Source: an uncultured Pseudomonadota bacterium | GTDB lineage: Bacteria; Pseudomonadota; Zetaproteobacteria; Mariprofundales; Mariprofundaceae | NCBI GenBank assembly: GCA_913055645.1 | Contig: CAJXLC010000003.1 | Coordinates: 3,397 to 67,396, forward strand | Length of the DNA stretch: 64,000 nucleotides | Reading direction: 5' to 3' | Part shown: piece by piece, positions 8,822 to 19,227 of the stretch | Numbering within the stretch: position 1 is the stretch's first letter | Layout: every line of letters begins with the position of its first letter | The notes under the pieces: model-generated | What the model saw: the letters and a program-made list of their open reading frames with translations, nothing else | The model's database searches: none | What the model was told of the DNA's origin: nothing | Made by a program: the position numbers and the translations under genes

Positions 8822-10015
8822 ATGTCTCAAGACTCTTACACTTATATTGATACCCCTGAAAAATTAACCCAAACATGTGAACAACTTAAACGTTGCAGTG
8901 TATTGGCTGTGGATACTGAATTTCATCGCGAAACCACCTATTATCCAGAGTTCGCCTTGCTGCAAATTTATGGCAATGGTCAATGTTGGATTATTGATCC
9001 CATTGCATTAAAAGATTTAACCCCACTTTGGGATGTGCTTTGCGATCCCTCTATTTTAAAGGTTTTTCATGCGGCAAGACAGGATATGGAAATTATCTTA
9101 AAAGAATCCGGCAAACTTCCGCTACCACTTTTTGATTCACAAGTTGCTGCGGCATTGCTTGGCTTAGGGCAGCAAATTGGTTTTGGTAACCTTGTTCAGC
9201 GCATTGCCAAGAAAGAGCTTGCCAAGCAAGAGTCTTTTAGTGATTGGATGTCTAGACCTTTACGTCAAAAGCAACTTGAATATGCGGCTGACGATGTGAT
9301 TTGGCTGATGCCTATTTATCAACACTTAAGCGAACGTCTTGAAGCGCGTGGTCGCCTTGCATGGCTAGATGAAGAGCAAGCCAAATTATGTGATATTGCA
9401 ACTTACCAAGAAAGCGATGACGCTCTTTTATGGCGCGTGAAAGGCGTCAATAAGCTGAAAGGTCATGCTTTGGCTGTATTGCGTGAATTGGCAGGCTGGC
9501 GTGAGACACAAGCCAAGCAACGCAACCTTCCTCGTCGAAGGTTGATTGCCGATGAGCCATTACTTGAAATTGCCCGTCGAGATGAGTTAGATAACGATAT
9601 TCTCAAACGTATTCGCGGTTTACCACAAGGTGTTGCACGTCGTTTTGGTGATGATTTGATACGGGTTTGGAAGAAGGGTAAAAATATCCCAGAAGAGCAA
9701 TGGCCCAAGCCACACAAGCGCAGTCATCACACCGCAGGTACAGATTTACGATTGGAACTTCTTGATACCCTACTTCGCCTTAAAGCTGAAGCTGGCGATA
9801 TTTCTGGAACTATTTTAAGCAATAAATCAGACCTCGCTGAGCTTGCATCATGGGGCAAACAACGCAAGCTTCCCGAACCAGATATTGCCTGCTTAAAAGG
9901 CTGGCGACGCGATTTGGTGGGGGTAGATTTATTGCATTTATTACACGGTGATATTTCATTACGTATTGACCCCAACACTGGTAACCCCGTCATTGAAAAA
10001 CAGGAAAAGAAATGA
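8822..10015 (+). CDS. rnd: Ribonuclease D
   Basis: 397 aa. It has the DEDD exonuclease motifs (AVDTEF, YAADDV) followed by HRDC-like regions. Confidence 0.9.
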   Translation: MSQDSYTYIDTPEKLTQTCEQLKRCSVLAVDTEFHRETTYYPEFALLQIYGNGQCWIIDPIALKDLTPLWDVLCDPSILKVFHAARQDMEIILKESGKLPLPLFDSQVAAALLGLGQQIGFGNLVQRIAKKELAKQESFSDWMSRPLRQKQLEYAADDVIWLMPIYQHLSERLEARGRLAWLDEEQAKLCDIATYQESDDALLWRVKGVNKLKGHALAVLRELAGWRETQAKQRNLPRRRLIADEPLLEIARRDELDNDILKRIRGLPQGVARRFGDDLIRVWKKGKNIPEEQWPKPHKRSHHTAGTDLRLELLDTLLRLKAEAGDISGTILSNKSDLAELASWGKQRKLPEPDIACLKGWRRDLVGVDLLHLLHGDISLRIDPNTGNPVIEKQEKK

Positions 10016-10656
10016 ATCTTACATTCTCTATCGATGCCCTTTCACCCGCCGCAGATAAAGCTTGGCGTTTACAGTCCGATGATACTTGGCGTGTTTGCAC
10101 CTATGCTGAACCCTTACAAAAAAATGATGCACGCATCAGCAATAAAAGCAGTGCAGAAGACTGGGCAGGCAGGCGTATGCAAAAAGATAAAGAGCTGGGT
10201 TTAATCGCCAAAGATAAAGCTGGCATGTTCGATTTTTTGATGCGCGGAACATTTGCCCATGCCGTGTTGCATCGCTTATCCGCAGCACCAATTCCAGATA
10301 AAGCTCAAATGACTCAAACCACCGCAACCTTAGAGCCTGGCACTGCATGGCTTATTTATCTTAATACTGCGGGCCAATTTAAAGCCGTTGATGCCAACAA
10401 TAGTAAAATCATTGGTAATTTGGATATTGCAGTGCGTGGAGAAATCGCTTCAAGTGCTGATTATATTGGTGAAAAAGCATCTTTAAATGAAGAGCTTATG
10501 CAGAGTACCTATGTACAATTCTTGGCTGGCTGGTTGGAACACCTTAAAACATCCAATATGGGTATCTTCATACCTGACGTGGAAAAATTAAAAGACGAAT
10601 CCGAATACAAGAATGATATACAAGACTGGCAACCTGAACCCGCTAGTAATTCATAA
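10012..10656 (+). CDS. Hypothetical protein, translationally coupled to rnd
   Basis: 214-aa ORF whose ATG overlaps the rnd stop (ATGA). It has no TM segment or signal peptide, and I recognise no family. Confidence 0.6.
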   Translation: MNLTFSIDALSPAADKAWRLQSDDTWRVCTYAEPLQKNDARISNKSSAEDWAGRRMQKDKELGLIAKDKAGMFDFLMRGTFAHAVLHRLSAAPIPDKAQMTQTTATLEPGTAWLIYLNTAGQFKAVDANNSKIIGNLDIAVRGEIASSADYIGEKASLNEELMQSTYVQFLAGWLEHLKTSNMGIFIPDVEKLKDESEYKNDIQDWQPEPASNS

Positions 10657-10670
10657 ATGGAGAAACCATC

Positions 10671-11225
10671 ATGCAAAAAGTTCTAGTTCCTTTTACAACA
10701 GGTGTTGAAGAAATTGAATTTGTCGCCATCGTAGATATTTTAAGGCGTGCAGAGATTCATGTCACCACGGCTAGTTTGGATGGAAACCCTGTGCAAGGCC
10801 GCTCAAATATCACCATACAAGCCGATGCCGCATTGGCAAATGTAATGCATGAGCCTTGGAATATGATTGTATTGCCTGGCGGACTACCCAATGCACATTT
10901 GTTACGTGATGACAGTAATGTGAAAGCCGTCGTTGAGCGATTACGCTCGGAAAGGAAATCCATTGCCGCTATTTGTGCCGCACCAACAGCTTTAGCAGCC
11001 TATGGCATCACTGCTGGCATGAATGTTACTGCCTACCCTGCTTGCCAAGCCGATATGGAAAGCTTGCAGCCTTCATCTGTGTATATGGATGATGATGTGG
11101 TTGAAGATGATTTCCTGATTACCAGCCGTGGTGCTGGTACGGCTGTAGCATTTGCACTGCGCCTTATTGCCAAACTTTGTAATGAACAAAAGGCTGATGA
11201 AATTAGAGAATCAATTGTCGCCTAA
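10671..11225 (+). CDS. DJ-1/PfpI family protein (YajL/ThiJ-like)
   Basis: 184 aa with the nucleophile-elbow AAICAAP and a conserved LPGG. Confidence 0.85.
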   Translation: MQKVLVPFTTGVEEIEFVAIVDILRRAEIHVTTASLDGNPVQGRSNITIQADAALANVMHEPWNMIVLPGGLPNAHLLRDDSNVKAVVERLRSERKSIAAICAAPTALAAYGITAGMNVTAYPACQADMESLQPSSVYMDDDVVEDDFLITSRGAGTAVAFALRLIAKLCNEQKADEIRESIVA

Positions 11226-11236
11226 CGCTAAAATAT

Positions 11237-11809
11237 ATGGATAACAAAGTCTCCACATGCAAACATGCCGTCTCACCTGACGAAATCATTCACTTCTGGT
11301 TTGAAGAAATCGAGCCATCTTCTTGGTGGAAAAAAGATACTACCTTTGACCAAGAAATTACATCCCGTTTTCATGCAACCCATAAAGCCGCAAGCTTAGG
11401 TGAACTTGAATCATGGAGAAAAACTGCTGATGGTAGGCTAGCTGAGATTATCGTTTTAGATCAATTCTCACGGAACATCTATCGTGATATGGCAGTATCT
11501 TTTGCCTATGATGGCATGGCACTTATTTTAGCTCAGGAAGCCTTTCGCATTGGATTCGATCAACAAGTGGATTTTGAAAAACGATCATTTTTCTATATGC
11601 CCTATATGCATAGCGAATCTATAGAAATTCACCAAACTGCCGTGGAACTTTTTAGCCAACCTGGTGCAGAATTCAATTATGAATTTGAACTCAAACACAA
11701 GGCTATTATTGACCGCTTTGGTCGCTACCCTCACAGAAATGCAATCCTTAACCGCGAATCGACACCTGAAGAAAAAATATTTCTCACCCAGCCTAACTCA
11801 TCTTTTTAA
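11237..11809 (+). CDS. DUF924 family protein
   Basis: 190 aa. It has WF at the N-terminus and LDQFSRNIYR, as in the DUF924 (YbaA-like) family. Confidence 0.78.
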   Translation: MDNKVSTCKHAVSPDEIIHFWFEEIEPSSWWKKDTTFDQEITSRFHATHKAASLGELESWRKTADGRLAEIIVLDQFSRNIYRDMAVSFAYDGMALILAQEAFRIGFDQQVDFEKRSFFYMPYMHSESIEIHQTAVELFSQPGAEFNYEFELKHKAIIDRFGRYPHRNAILNRESTPEEKIFLTQPNSSF

Positions 11810-11875
11810 CGCATATTCAATGTCTTAAGTCTTCCGTAGTTCGACAGACATCCATACTTTGTTAGCTTACGCCTT

Positions 11876-12583
11876 ATGCGTTTATCCAAAGAATTTAGAG
11901 ATCAATTTTCCCAACAAGAAATGCGTACCCATGGTCGCAAAAATGGCTTTGTGACCGATGGTCAGGAAGCACGTCTACTTAAATGGCTGCCAAAAATCGG
12001 GTTAAGCAAAGATAAAACCTTAAATGATACCCATATCCCAAAAGATTCACCTATTGTTATGGAAATTGGCTTTGGCAATGGTGACTTCTTGGTTTATACC
12101 GCCCAAAACAACCCTGATTGGACACTCGTTGGTGTGGAAATCTATTTACCCGGTGTCGCCAAGGCTGTGGGTCGTCTTGAAGATGCAGGCGTGATTGAGC
12201 GCGCACGCATCACCCAACTACCTGCCCAGTTTGTACTTGAGCATCAAGTCGAGCCTGAGCAGTTGGATGGCATTATTGTTAACCACCCCGACCCTTGGCC
12301 CAAAGCACGACACCATAAACGTCGTATCATCCAAAAGGATATGGCTGAAATGATGGTTAGCCGTCTAAAACCAGGTGGATTTATTCAATTGGCATCAGAT
12401 ATTGAAGAATTAGCTGAATGGATGCGTGACATCTTGGATGAAACACCTCAATTAACCAATGTTGCGGGCAAAGGCGGTTATGTGGATCGCGATGAAGGTC
12501 GTGTTTTTACAAAATTTGAACAACGTGGTATCAATGCAGGTCGAATCAGCAAGTTTTTGCATTATACCAAGGATAAAACATGA
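11876..12583 (+). CDS. trmB: tRNA (guanine46-N7)-methyltransferase
   Basis: 235 aa with the SAM-binding EIGFGNGDFL and a typical TrmB C-terminal half. Confidence 0.9.
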   Translation: MRLSKEFRDQFSQQEMRTHGRKNGFVTDGQEARLLKWLPKIGLSKDKTLNDTHIPKDSPIVMEIGFGNGDFLVYTAQNNPDWTLVGVEIYLPGVAKAVGRLEDAGVIERARITQLPAQFVLEHQVEPEQLDGIIVNHPDPWPKARHHKRRIIQKDMAEMMVSRLKPGGFIQLASDIEELAEWMRDILDETPQLTNVAGKGGYVDRDEGRVFTKFEQRGINAGRISKFLHYTKDKT

Positions 12584-13461
12584 GCTTAAAAACCAATAAA
12601 GATCAATTAGTGATGACTGCAGTGCAAGGCGGTGTGGCTGCTGCGCAGCAGTGGGCACCATTTGAAGTAGGCAGTGATGGGGAAATATTTTCTTGGCCAT
12701 CAACAGGTGGTATCACGTATAACGTAAAAATCGGTGATTCAGTCTTTGGCTGGGCAGGTGAACACATCGAGCCAGGCGTTTCCAGTACCTTAGATCATAA
12801 AAGTGCCAAACGAGCTTCAGGTTATCAGTTTATGTCATGTTGTGGCAATCAGGTACGCGTCGTTTCAGGCGAGGCAAAAGGCGAGATAGGCACAGTGCTT
12901 GGGCATCATGGCGGCGTGGATCATTTGATGCTCGATTTCTCAGATAGTACATTAGATAAGCTTACCTGCGATGATAAATTCTTGGTGAAAGGTCATGGGC
13001 AAGGCTTGAAATTTATCGACCATGATGATGTGTATATCTACAACCTTGACCCAACATTGCTTGAACAATGGGGCTTGAAAGAGCGCCAAGATGGTAAAAT
13101 CGAAGTGCCTGTCAATGTGATGGTTCCAGGTTATGCTATGGGCAGTGGTATTGGTGCATTATCCGTAACCACAGGTGATTATGATATTCTTTGTCATGAT
13201 GAAAGTGTGGTGAAAGAGTTCGGCTTAGACAGGCTTCGTTTCGGAGATTTTGTTGCTGTACTTGATCATGATAACCGTTATGGACGAACCTATCGTAAAG
13301 GCTCTATGACCATCGGCGTAGTCATTCATTCTGATTCGCCGCTGGCTGGTCATGGCCCTGGTATGATGACCTTGATGACTTGCACAAGCGATAAACTTGT
13401 TCCTGTGTTGGACATAAATGCAAACTTGGGCGCAATTCGGGATATTGGGCGTTTTGCGTAA
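12580..13461 (+). CDS. Conserved hypothetical protein (possibly DUF4438 family)
   Basis: 293 aa. Its size and Gly-rich beta-type sequence match my memory of DUF4438. It shares an ATGA overlap with trmB. Confidence 0.65.
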   Translation: MSLKTNKDQLVMTAVQGGVAAAQQWAPFEVGSDGEIFSWPSTGGITYNVKIGDSVFGWAGEHIEPGVSSTLDHKSAKRASGYQFMSCCGNQVRVVSGEAKGEIGTVLGHHGGVDHLMLDFSDSTLDKLTCDDKFLVKGHGQGLKFIDHDDVYIYNLDPTLLEQWGLKERQDGKIEVPVNVMVPGYAMGSGIGALSVTTGDYDILCHDESVVKEFGLDRLRFGDFVAVLDHDNRYGRTYRKGSMTIGVVIHSDSPLAGHGPGMMTLMTCTSDKLVPVLDINANLGAIRDIGRFA

Positions 13462-14014
13462 GCTTCTTTTCATCACCTGCCTACTTGTGTTGCCATTTGC
13501 AGCACAAGCAGGCATTTACAAATGGACAGATCAATACGGCAAGATTCATTTTTCTGACAAGCCTGTAGCAGGTTCTAAAAAACAACACCTACGAAGCATG
13601 ACGGGCATTAGTAATCCCTCTTTTAACCTTAAACGAAATGTCATGCATGTGCCGTATCAAGATATAAATGGTAGCATGGTTGTACAAGGTCAAATCAATA
13701 ATGTTCGCATGAGATTTATTGTGGATACAGGGGCGACACTGGTGGTTATTCCACCAAACATGGCTAAAAAGGCAGGCATTAATACCCAAAATGCCAAAAC
13801 AATTACCATACAAACAGCCAATGGAGCCACACAAAGTTATATGGTGAATATTGCCAATATGCAGGTTGAAAAATTACGCCAACAAAGTATACCTGCAGCT
13901 ATTCAGCAAGTGTCACCCAATGCAAACATGGGACTACTCGGCATGAGTTTTTTAAGTGCTTATAAAATGAGCATTGACCATGATCAACATATTATCACCT
14001 TGGAATCGCGTTAA
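13418..14014 (+). CDS. Secreted DUF4124 + retropepsin-like (clan AA, TIGR02281-type) aspartic protease
   Basis: It has a signal peptide RKLLFITCLLVLPFAAQA, a DUF4124 motif GIYKWTDQYGKIHFSDKP, and the active site FIVDTGATLVVIP. A TTG start at 13454 would give a more canonical signal peptide. Confidence 0.75.
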   Translation: MQTWAQFGILGVLRKLLFITCLLVLPFAAQAGIYKWTDQYGKIHFSDKPVAGSKKQHLRSMTGISNPSFNLKRNVMHVPYQDINGSMVVQGQINNVRMRFIVDTGATLVVIPPNMAKKAGINTQNAKTITIQTANGATQSYMVNIANMQVEKLRQQSIPAAIQQVSPNANMGLLGMSFLSAYKMSIDHDQHIITLESR

Positions 14015-14808
14015 TGTCTAAGCGCATGCAAGTCAGTTGCATTCAAATGTGCTCTGCTCATGATATTGAAAGTAACCTTTGCAAAGTAGAAAAATTCTTA
14101 AAAGAAGTTGCTGAAAAAGGCTCAAAATTGGTTCTTTTGCCAGAAACTTTTTCATTTATTACTCGAAATCATCAAGAAAAGATAAAAAATGCAGAAAAAA
14201 TACATGTAATCCTTGACTTTCTTGCACAACAAGCTAAACAATATCAGCTATGGATTATCGCTGGTTCCACGCTTTGCCCTGCTAAGCATGGTGATAAACT
14301 TTACAATCGTTGCCCCGTTTTTGCACCTGACGGCACACAACACGCAAACTATGATAAAATGCACCTATTTGATGCTGATTTAGGTACTGAAAGCTGGCAC
14401 GAATCTAAATCCATTGCAGCAGGCAAGGAGCCTGTATCTGTGAGCATAGATTCCGATTGGAAAGCAGGCATTTCGATTTGTTATGATTTGCGTTTCCCTG
14501 AACTTTATCGTCACTATAGTGCCCAAGGCTGCAATATACTCACCGTTGCTGCTGCATTTACTGTCCCAACAGGAAAAGCCCATTGGGAGACATTATTGCG
14601 CGCTCGCGCTATTGAAAATCAGTGCTATGTGCTCGCATCGGCTCAATGCGGCAAGCATAGCGACGGCAGAGAAACTTATGGGCACAGCATGATGATTGAC
14701 CCTTGGGGAAAAATCATTGCCGAACTGCCTAATGGCGAAGGCATCATCACTACTGAACTTGATTTATCACACCTTCAACATATCCGAGCAGCCTTACCTG
14801 TTTTATGA
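14014..14808 (+). CDS. Carbon-nitrogen hydrolase (nitrilase superfamily) protein
   Basis: 264 aa with Glu-Lys-Cys triad contexts LLPE, YDKMHLF and ISICYDLRFPE. Confidence 0.85.
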   Translation: MSKRMQVSCIQMCSAHDIESNLCKVEKFLKEVAEKGSKLVLLPETFSFITRNHQEKIKNAEKIHVILDFLAQQAKQYQLWIIAGSTLCPAKHGDKLYNRCPVFAPDGTQHANYDKMHLFDADLGTESWHESKSIAAGKEPVSVSIDSDWKAGISICYDLRFPELYRHYSAQGCNILTVAAAFTVPTGKAHWETLLRARAIENQCYVLASAQCGKHSDGRETYGHSMMIDPWGKIIAELPNGEGIITTELDLSHLQHIRAALPVL

Positions 14809-14849
14809 CATCAAGCGACTACTAAAGCGCGGTAGTCCAATGAATGTAA

Positions 14850-17558
14850 TCACCCATTTAATGCACTCTGAATCTTTTCTGCTAAAAAATCAGGTGAATA
14901 TGGCTTTTGAATAAAGCCAGCAAGCCCTTTACCTGTAAATAGACTTGTTGCTTCTTGTTCATTGTACCCACTTGAAAGAATAACCTTCACATTCTCATTG
15001 ATACGGCGAAGCTCTCTGAAACAAGCTTTGCCATCCACCTTGGGCATAGTCATATCTAATAAAACAGCTACGATTTCGGTTTGATGTGCACGGTAAACAT
15101 TTACCCCATCTTCACCATCAACAGCAGTTAGAATATCAAACCCCATATCCTCCAGCATCATTGATGCCGTCTCTCGAACGGTCTCTTCATCATCAACAAT
15201 CAAAATAGTACCACTAAACTTCAATGCATTTTCCTCACTAGAAATCGCATATTTTGAGATGTTTACGCTATCCTCTTTCAATTCACTCATGGGAAACAAA
15301 ACTTTAAATGTCGAGCCACGACCTAACTCTGAGTACACCTTAATCGCTCCCTTATGACCACGAACGATGCCCTGTACAGCACTCATACCAAGCCCATGCC
15401 CAGTAAATTTGGTAGTAAAGAAAGGTTCAAACAGGCGAGCTTGAGTCTGTTTATCCATGCCTGCGCCCGTATCAGAGACCTCTAAATATACATAGCGACC
15501 ATCAGGAAGCTGGTCATCAATGCTTGTTTGAGTCAGATAAGCTGAATCAGCTTGCATCATCCCTGTGCATATGGAAATTACGCCCGACTTTTTCCCGATT
15601 GCATCAGAAGCATTAAGAACAAGATTCATAATGACTTGCTGTATCTGTGCAACATCTGCTTCCACACTAGGTAAATTCTCAGCAAGCTCATACTTTAGAA
15701 TAACGCCCTTTGAAATAGAAACCTCTAGAAGTCTTGCTGTCTCTTCAACAGTAGCCGAAAGATCTATCACCCGAACTTCAAAACGCCCTTTACCTGAATA
15801 TGCCAGCATCTGCTTACAAAGGTCAGCTGCTTTTTCACTCGATTGTACGATATTGGACAAATACCTTGGCATATCCTGTGGGCTCTTCATCGCTTTACGT
15901 TCTGCCAAAGCTGCATTGCCCATAATAGAGGTAAGAATATTGTTAAAATCGTGAGCTATGCCTCCAGCAAGTATGCCCAACGAATCGAGACGTTGCGTAT
16001 GCTCTAACTGAGCCTGCATTTTCAAACGTTCCTGCTCTGTGGCAATCCGCTCGGTAAGGTCTGTAATTGTACCAACGTAACCAACAATTTCGCCTGATTC
16101 TGTTTTTTCTGCCTGAGCTTGCCCCAAAACCCAAGTAACCTTTCCTTCTTTATTCTGAAATCGATACTCGGCATTAAAAGGAATTCCTTCTTTTGCAGCC
16201 AACATCCACTTCTCAAAAATATCGTCCCTATCCTCTATATAGATAGCTTGAGCCCAACCATCCACTCTAGCTTCATGAAGAGTCAAACCAGTAATTTCGC
16301 ACCATTTTTCGTTTACATAAAGACAGTGACCCTTTTCATCTGTATGGAAAACACCAACAGGAGAAATTTTAGAAAGGGTATGGAAACTTTCTTTGCTTAA
16401 CCTCAACTCTTCCTCTGACTTCTTCTGCTCGGTGAGATCAATGAATGTTGTTATAAAATCACGACCAAGTGGAACCCCAGATATTTCTATAGCGCGCACC
16501 TCTCCATTTTTACAAGTTATTTCAAACTCATTTGGCTTTATAGCTTGATTCAACTCGCTAGCCGTCTGAACTGCCTTGCCCCAAATTTCCTGAACGGACT
16601 GACGATACTTCTCATTGGGATAAGCAAGTTGCCACCACTCATCAAGGGTTGGTATATCTTCACGTGTGTAACCAAATGTCTGAATGAAGTGATCGTTTAG
16701 GTTACCTATATGACCATTATCTGACACCTCACCAAGTGCAACAGGCATCACTTTAAACAATTTACGAAAGCGCGTTTCACTCTCAATAAGTTTTTCGTAT
16801 GGTTCCTGTAAACTCAAGCGAACAATCGAATAAAAAACAAGCCAAAAAGAAAAGAGTTTAAATAGGTGGCCAATAAGGTTTGCTGGTCCATAAACACTAA
16901 TGAAACTTGTAAATGCAAGCTCTGCAAAAATTGTTAGCACTATGGCTGTTGAGAGAAAGGGAAATAAACTAGGTTTTAGGAATTTTCTATGAAACCAAAG
17001 GTTTCCTAATGCCATCAAAAGAATAAAGCATATAATATATTCACTGAAAATCTTAAAATCAGTTAATCCTTCGCCTTCAATAAAAGCAGTTGGAAAGTGA
17101 TTGGTCATGATTATGATATAGGTGAGTAGTGCTATTGCTCCATAACCAATAAAAGCCCTTAAAGTAGACACTTTACGCAATAAAAATATAGGCGCAGTAA
17201 GAAGAATGAATGATTCAATATATCTATTCGCTATCCAAAATTGAACAAAATAATCTAAACCATCGCTAGAAAGAATACTCATACCTTTATATAAAAGTGT
17301 ATGAATTAGGTCTAATATGGCTACCCAAAAATAACCAGCACCCAAATATATAAGAAAATTTTCGCGCGCGAATGTATGCGTATAAAAGGCAACAACAAAC
17401 ATTAGCACACCCACAATAATAGCAAATAATTCAGCCAGAGTGTGAAATAGAAGGTAATTATAATGGCTGATAGCAATCAAGACTATGGAGAGAACTATTG
17501 GAACTAGCCAAACATGCCAACTTAACAGGACACTAAAACCAAGTGCTTTCTTACTCAT
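14850..17558 (-). CDS. Hybrid sensor histidine kinase / response regulator with multi-TM (MASE3-like) N-terminal domain and PAS domains
   Basis: 902 aa. It has about 7-8 N-terminal TM segments, two PAS-like regions, His[12 protein letters not shown], HATPase DTGAGM/GHGLGMS, and a receiver LLDMTMPKVDG. Confidence 0.9.
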   Translation of the reverse strand: MSKKALGFSVLLSWHVWLVPIVLSIVLIAISHYNYLLFHTLAELFAIIVGVLMFVVAFYTHTFARENFLIYLGAGYFWVAILDLIHTLLYKGMSILSSDGLDYFVQFWIANRYIESFILLTAPIFLLRKVSTLRAFIGYGAIALLTYIIIMTNHFPTAFIEGEGLTDFKIFSEYIICFILLMALGNLWFHRKFLKPSLFPFLSTAIVLTIFAELAFTSFISVYGPANLIGHLFKLFSFWLVFYSIVRLSLQEPYEKLIESETRFRKLFKVMPVALGEVSDNGHIGNLNDHFIQTFGYTREDIPTLDEWWQLAYPNEKYRQSVQEIWGKAVQTASELNQAIKPNEFEITCKNGEVRAIEISGVPLGRDFITTFIDLTEQKKSEEELRLSKESFHTLSKISPVGVFHTDEKGHCLYVNEKWCEITGLTLHEARVDGWAQAIYIEDRDDIFEKWMLAAKEGIPFNAEYRFQNKEGKVTWVLGQAQAEKTESGEIVGYVGTITDLTERIATEQERLKMQAQLEHTQRLDSLGILAGGIAHDFNNILTSIMGNAALAERKAMKSPQDMPRYLSNIVQSSEKAADLCKQMLAYSGKGRFEVRVIDLSATVEETARLLEVSISKGVILKYELAENLPSVEADVAQIQQVIMNLVLNASDAIGKKSGVISICTGMMQADSAYLTQTSIDDQLPDGRYVYLEVSDTGAGMDKQTQARLFEPFFTTKFTGHGLGMSAVQGIVRGHKGAIKVYSELGRGSTFKVLFPMSELKEDSVNISKYAISSEENALKFSGTILIVDDEETVRETASMMLEDMGFDILTAVDGEDGVNVYRAHQTEIVAVLLDMTMPKVDGKACFRELRRINENVKVILSSGYNEQEATSLFTGKGLAGFIQKPYSPDFLAEKIQSALNG

Positions 17559-17686
17559 AGCTACCTTCCAGTTTATTTTTTATCAACTTGATACAAGTAT
17601 GAGAATAGCAGTTATCGAGCTATAAACAATAAAAATGGCATTGAAACTTAGTTTAAATCAAGGTGATAGCCTCGATACTGTTCCAA

Positions 17687-18421
17687 TTAGTGCGATAAAA
17701 GCCCAACCAAACAGATGACTATCAATGCCCCACCAATAGCTTGTTTGAAATAGCCACCATCACCAGCAATAAGCTGATGATGTAACTTTAAACCAACCAC
17801 ATGACCTATGGCAGCGCATGGCAACAACCAAAGGTGTACTGACCACCAAAAGTTCACACCTGCTGATGCCAAAACAGATAGTTTCATCGATACAAGAACA
17901 AACCAAAGTACAAATAAGGTGTTACGCACTTGTGCTCTGCTTACCCGATGCATGGCTACTGCCACAATCAATGGCGCTCCCGTTAACGATACACCTGCAA
18001 TATAGCCGCCCAATACCAGTAACACCCTATCCACCCATACACTTTGGCTTTTAATCTGATATTTCAGCAAATAACACACACCATAAAACAGCGTAATGCT
18101 ATAAATAAATATAATAAGCCATGCGGTTGGCAAGGTTAGCAGACCAAACACCCCCAATAGGGTCGGCACAAACATAATTGCCAGCGTTCGACGAACAAAC
18201 AACCAATCAACATGGGCTAACTTTGAACCGATTGTAATTGAGCTAAAAAATAGTAAATGAACACCAATCAAAGGCAGCCAAATAATCGGATCATCAATCA
18301 CCAACAGTAATAATGGTAAACCCAATGCAGCACCGCCAAAACCAAGCCCTGAACGCACAAAGCCTGTCCATACAAATATCAGTGCTGTAGCAATATATTG
18401 CCAGAGCAAAAGATCATCCAT
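17687..18421 (-). CDS. TauE/SafE (DUF81) family anion exporter
   Basis: 244 aa, polytopic, with the duplicated 4-TM pattern and Gly-rich helices typical of the family. Confidence 0.8.
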   Translation of the reverse strand: MDDLLLWQYIATALIFVWTGFVRSGLGFGGAALGLPLLLLVIDDPIIWLPLIGVHLLFFSSITIGSKLAHVDWLFVRRTLAIMFVPTLLGVFGLLTLPTAWLIIFIYSITLFYGVCYLLKYQIKSQSVWVDRVLLVLGGYIAGVSLTGAPLIVAVAMHRVSRAQVRNTLFVLWFVLVSMKLSVLASAGVNFWWSVHLWLLPCAAIGHVVGLKLHHQLIAGDGGYFKQAIGGALIVICLVGLLSH

Positions 18422-18429
18422 ATTGAGTA

Positions 18430-19227
18430 TTACAGACTGATGCGTTCAGAAGGGTGCGTGATAGGTCTAGCTGCTAACAACTCACGGGTATAATCATGTT
18501 GTGGCTTGGCAAATACATCGACAACATCACCCTGCTCCACCACCTTGCCATCAAACATCACCAACACCCTATCAGCAATGTGCTGAATCACAGATAAATC
18601 ATGGGAGATAAATAAGTAAGCCAAATTTGATGTTTGCTGCAACTCTTTCAAAAGATTCAAAATCTGTGCCTGCACCGATACATCCAAAGCTGAAACAGGT
18701 TCATCCAATACCAACACCTTCGGTTTCACAACCAAGGCGCGTGCAATGCCAATGCGTTGCCTTTGCCCACCTGAAAACTGATGCGGATAACGCTGCATAA
18801 TCGCATCACTTAAACCGCATTGTTGCAATGCTTCTGCCACCGCATCACGGCGTTTCTGTTTGTTCATATCAGGGCGATGAACGCGCAAACCTTCGGCTAC
18901 ACTTTCCCAAATACGCATGCGCGGATTCAGCGATGCAAAAGGATCTTGAAATACCATTTGAATCTGATGGCGTTGCAAGCGCAAAGCTTTACCTTTTACA
19001 TGTGTGACATCGCTTCCTTGCCAAGCTATTTCACCATCATCACTATCAATCAGACGCATCGCTAAGCGTGCTGTGGTTGATTTTCCACTACCCGATTCAC
19101 CTACAATTGCCAATGTCTCACCAGCATGTAAATGAAAGCTCACATCATCCACTGCCTTTTTAGACTGTCCTTGGCTTAATAAACCACCACTTTGAAAGGT
19201 CTTACTCAATCCTCGAACTTCTAACAT
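18430..19227 (-). CDS. Dipeptide/oligopeptide ABC transporter ATP-binding protein (DppF/OppF-like)
   Basis: Walker A GESGSGKST, signature FSGGQRQR, Walker B LVLDEP, and a C-terminal oligopeptide-type tail (HDYTRELL). Confidence 0.9.
   Translation of the reverse strand: MLEVRGLSKTFQSGGLLSQGQSKKAVDDVSFHLHAGETLAIVGESGSGKSTTARLAMRLIDSDDGEIAWQGSDVTHVKGKALRLQRHQIQMVFQDPFASLNPRMRIWESVAEGLRVHRPDMNKQKRRDAVAEALQQCGLSDAIMQRYPHQFSGGQRQRIGIARALVVKPKVLVLDEPVSALDVSVQAQILNLLKELQQTSNLAYLFISHDLSVIQHIADRVLVMFDGKVVEQGDVVDVFAKPQHDYTRELLAARPITHPSERISL

Noticed and set aside
14817-14837. Hairpin GACTAC-N9-GTAGTC between the convergent C-N hydrolase and kinase genes, as a terminator
   Set aside because: The stem is only 6 bp with a 9-nt loop and no adjacent T-run on either strand, so I did not report it as a feature.
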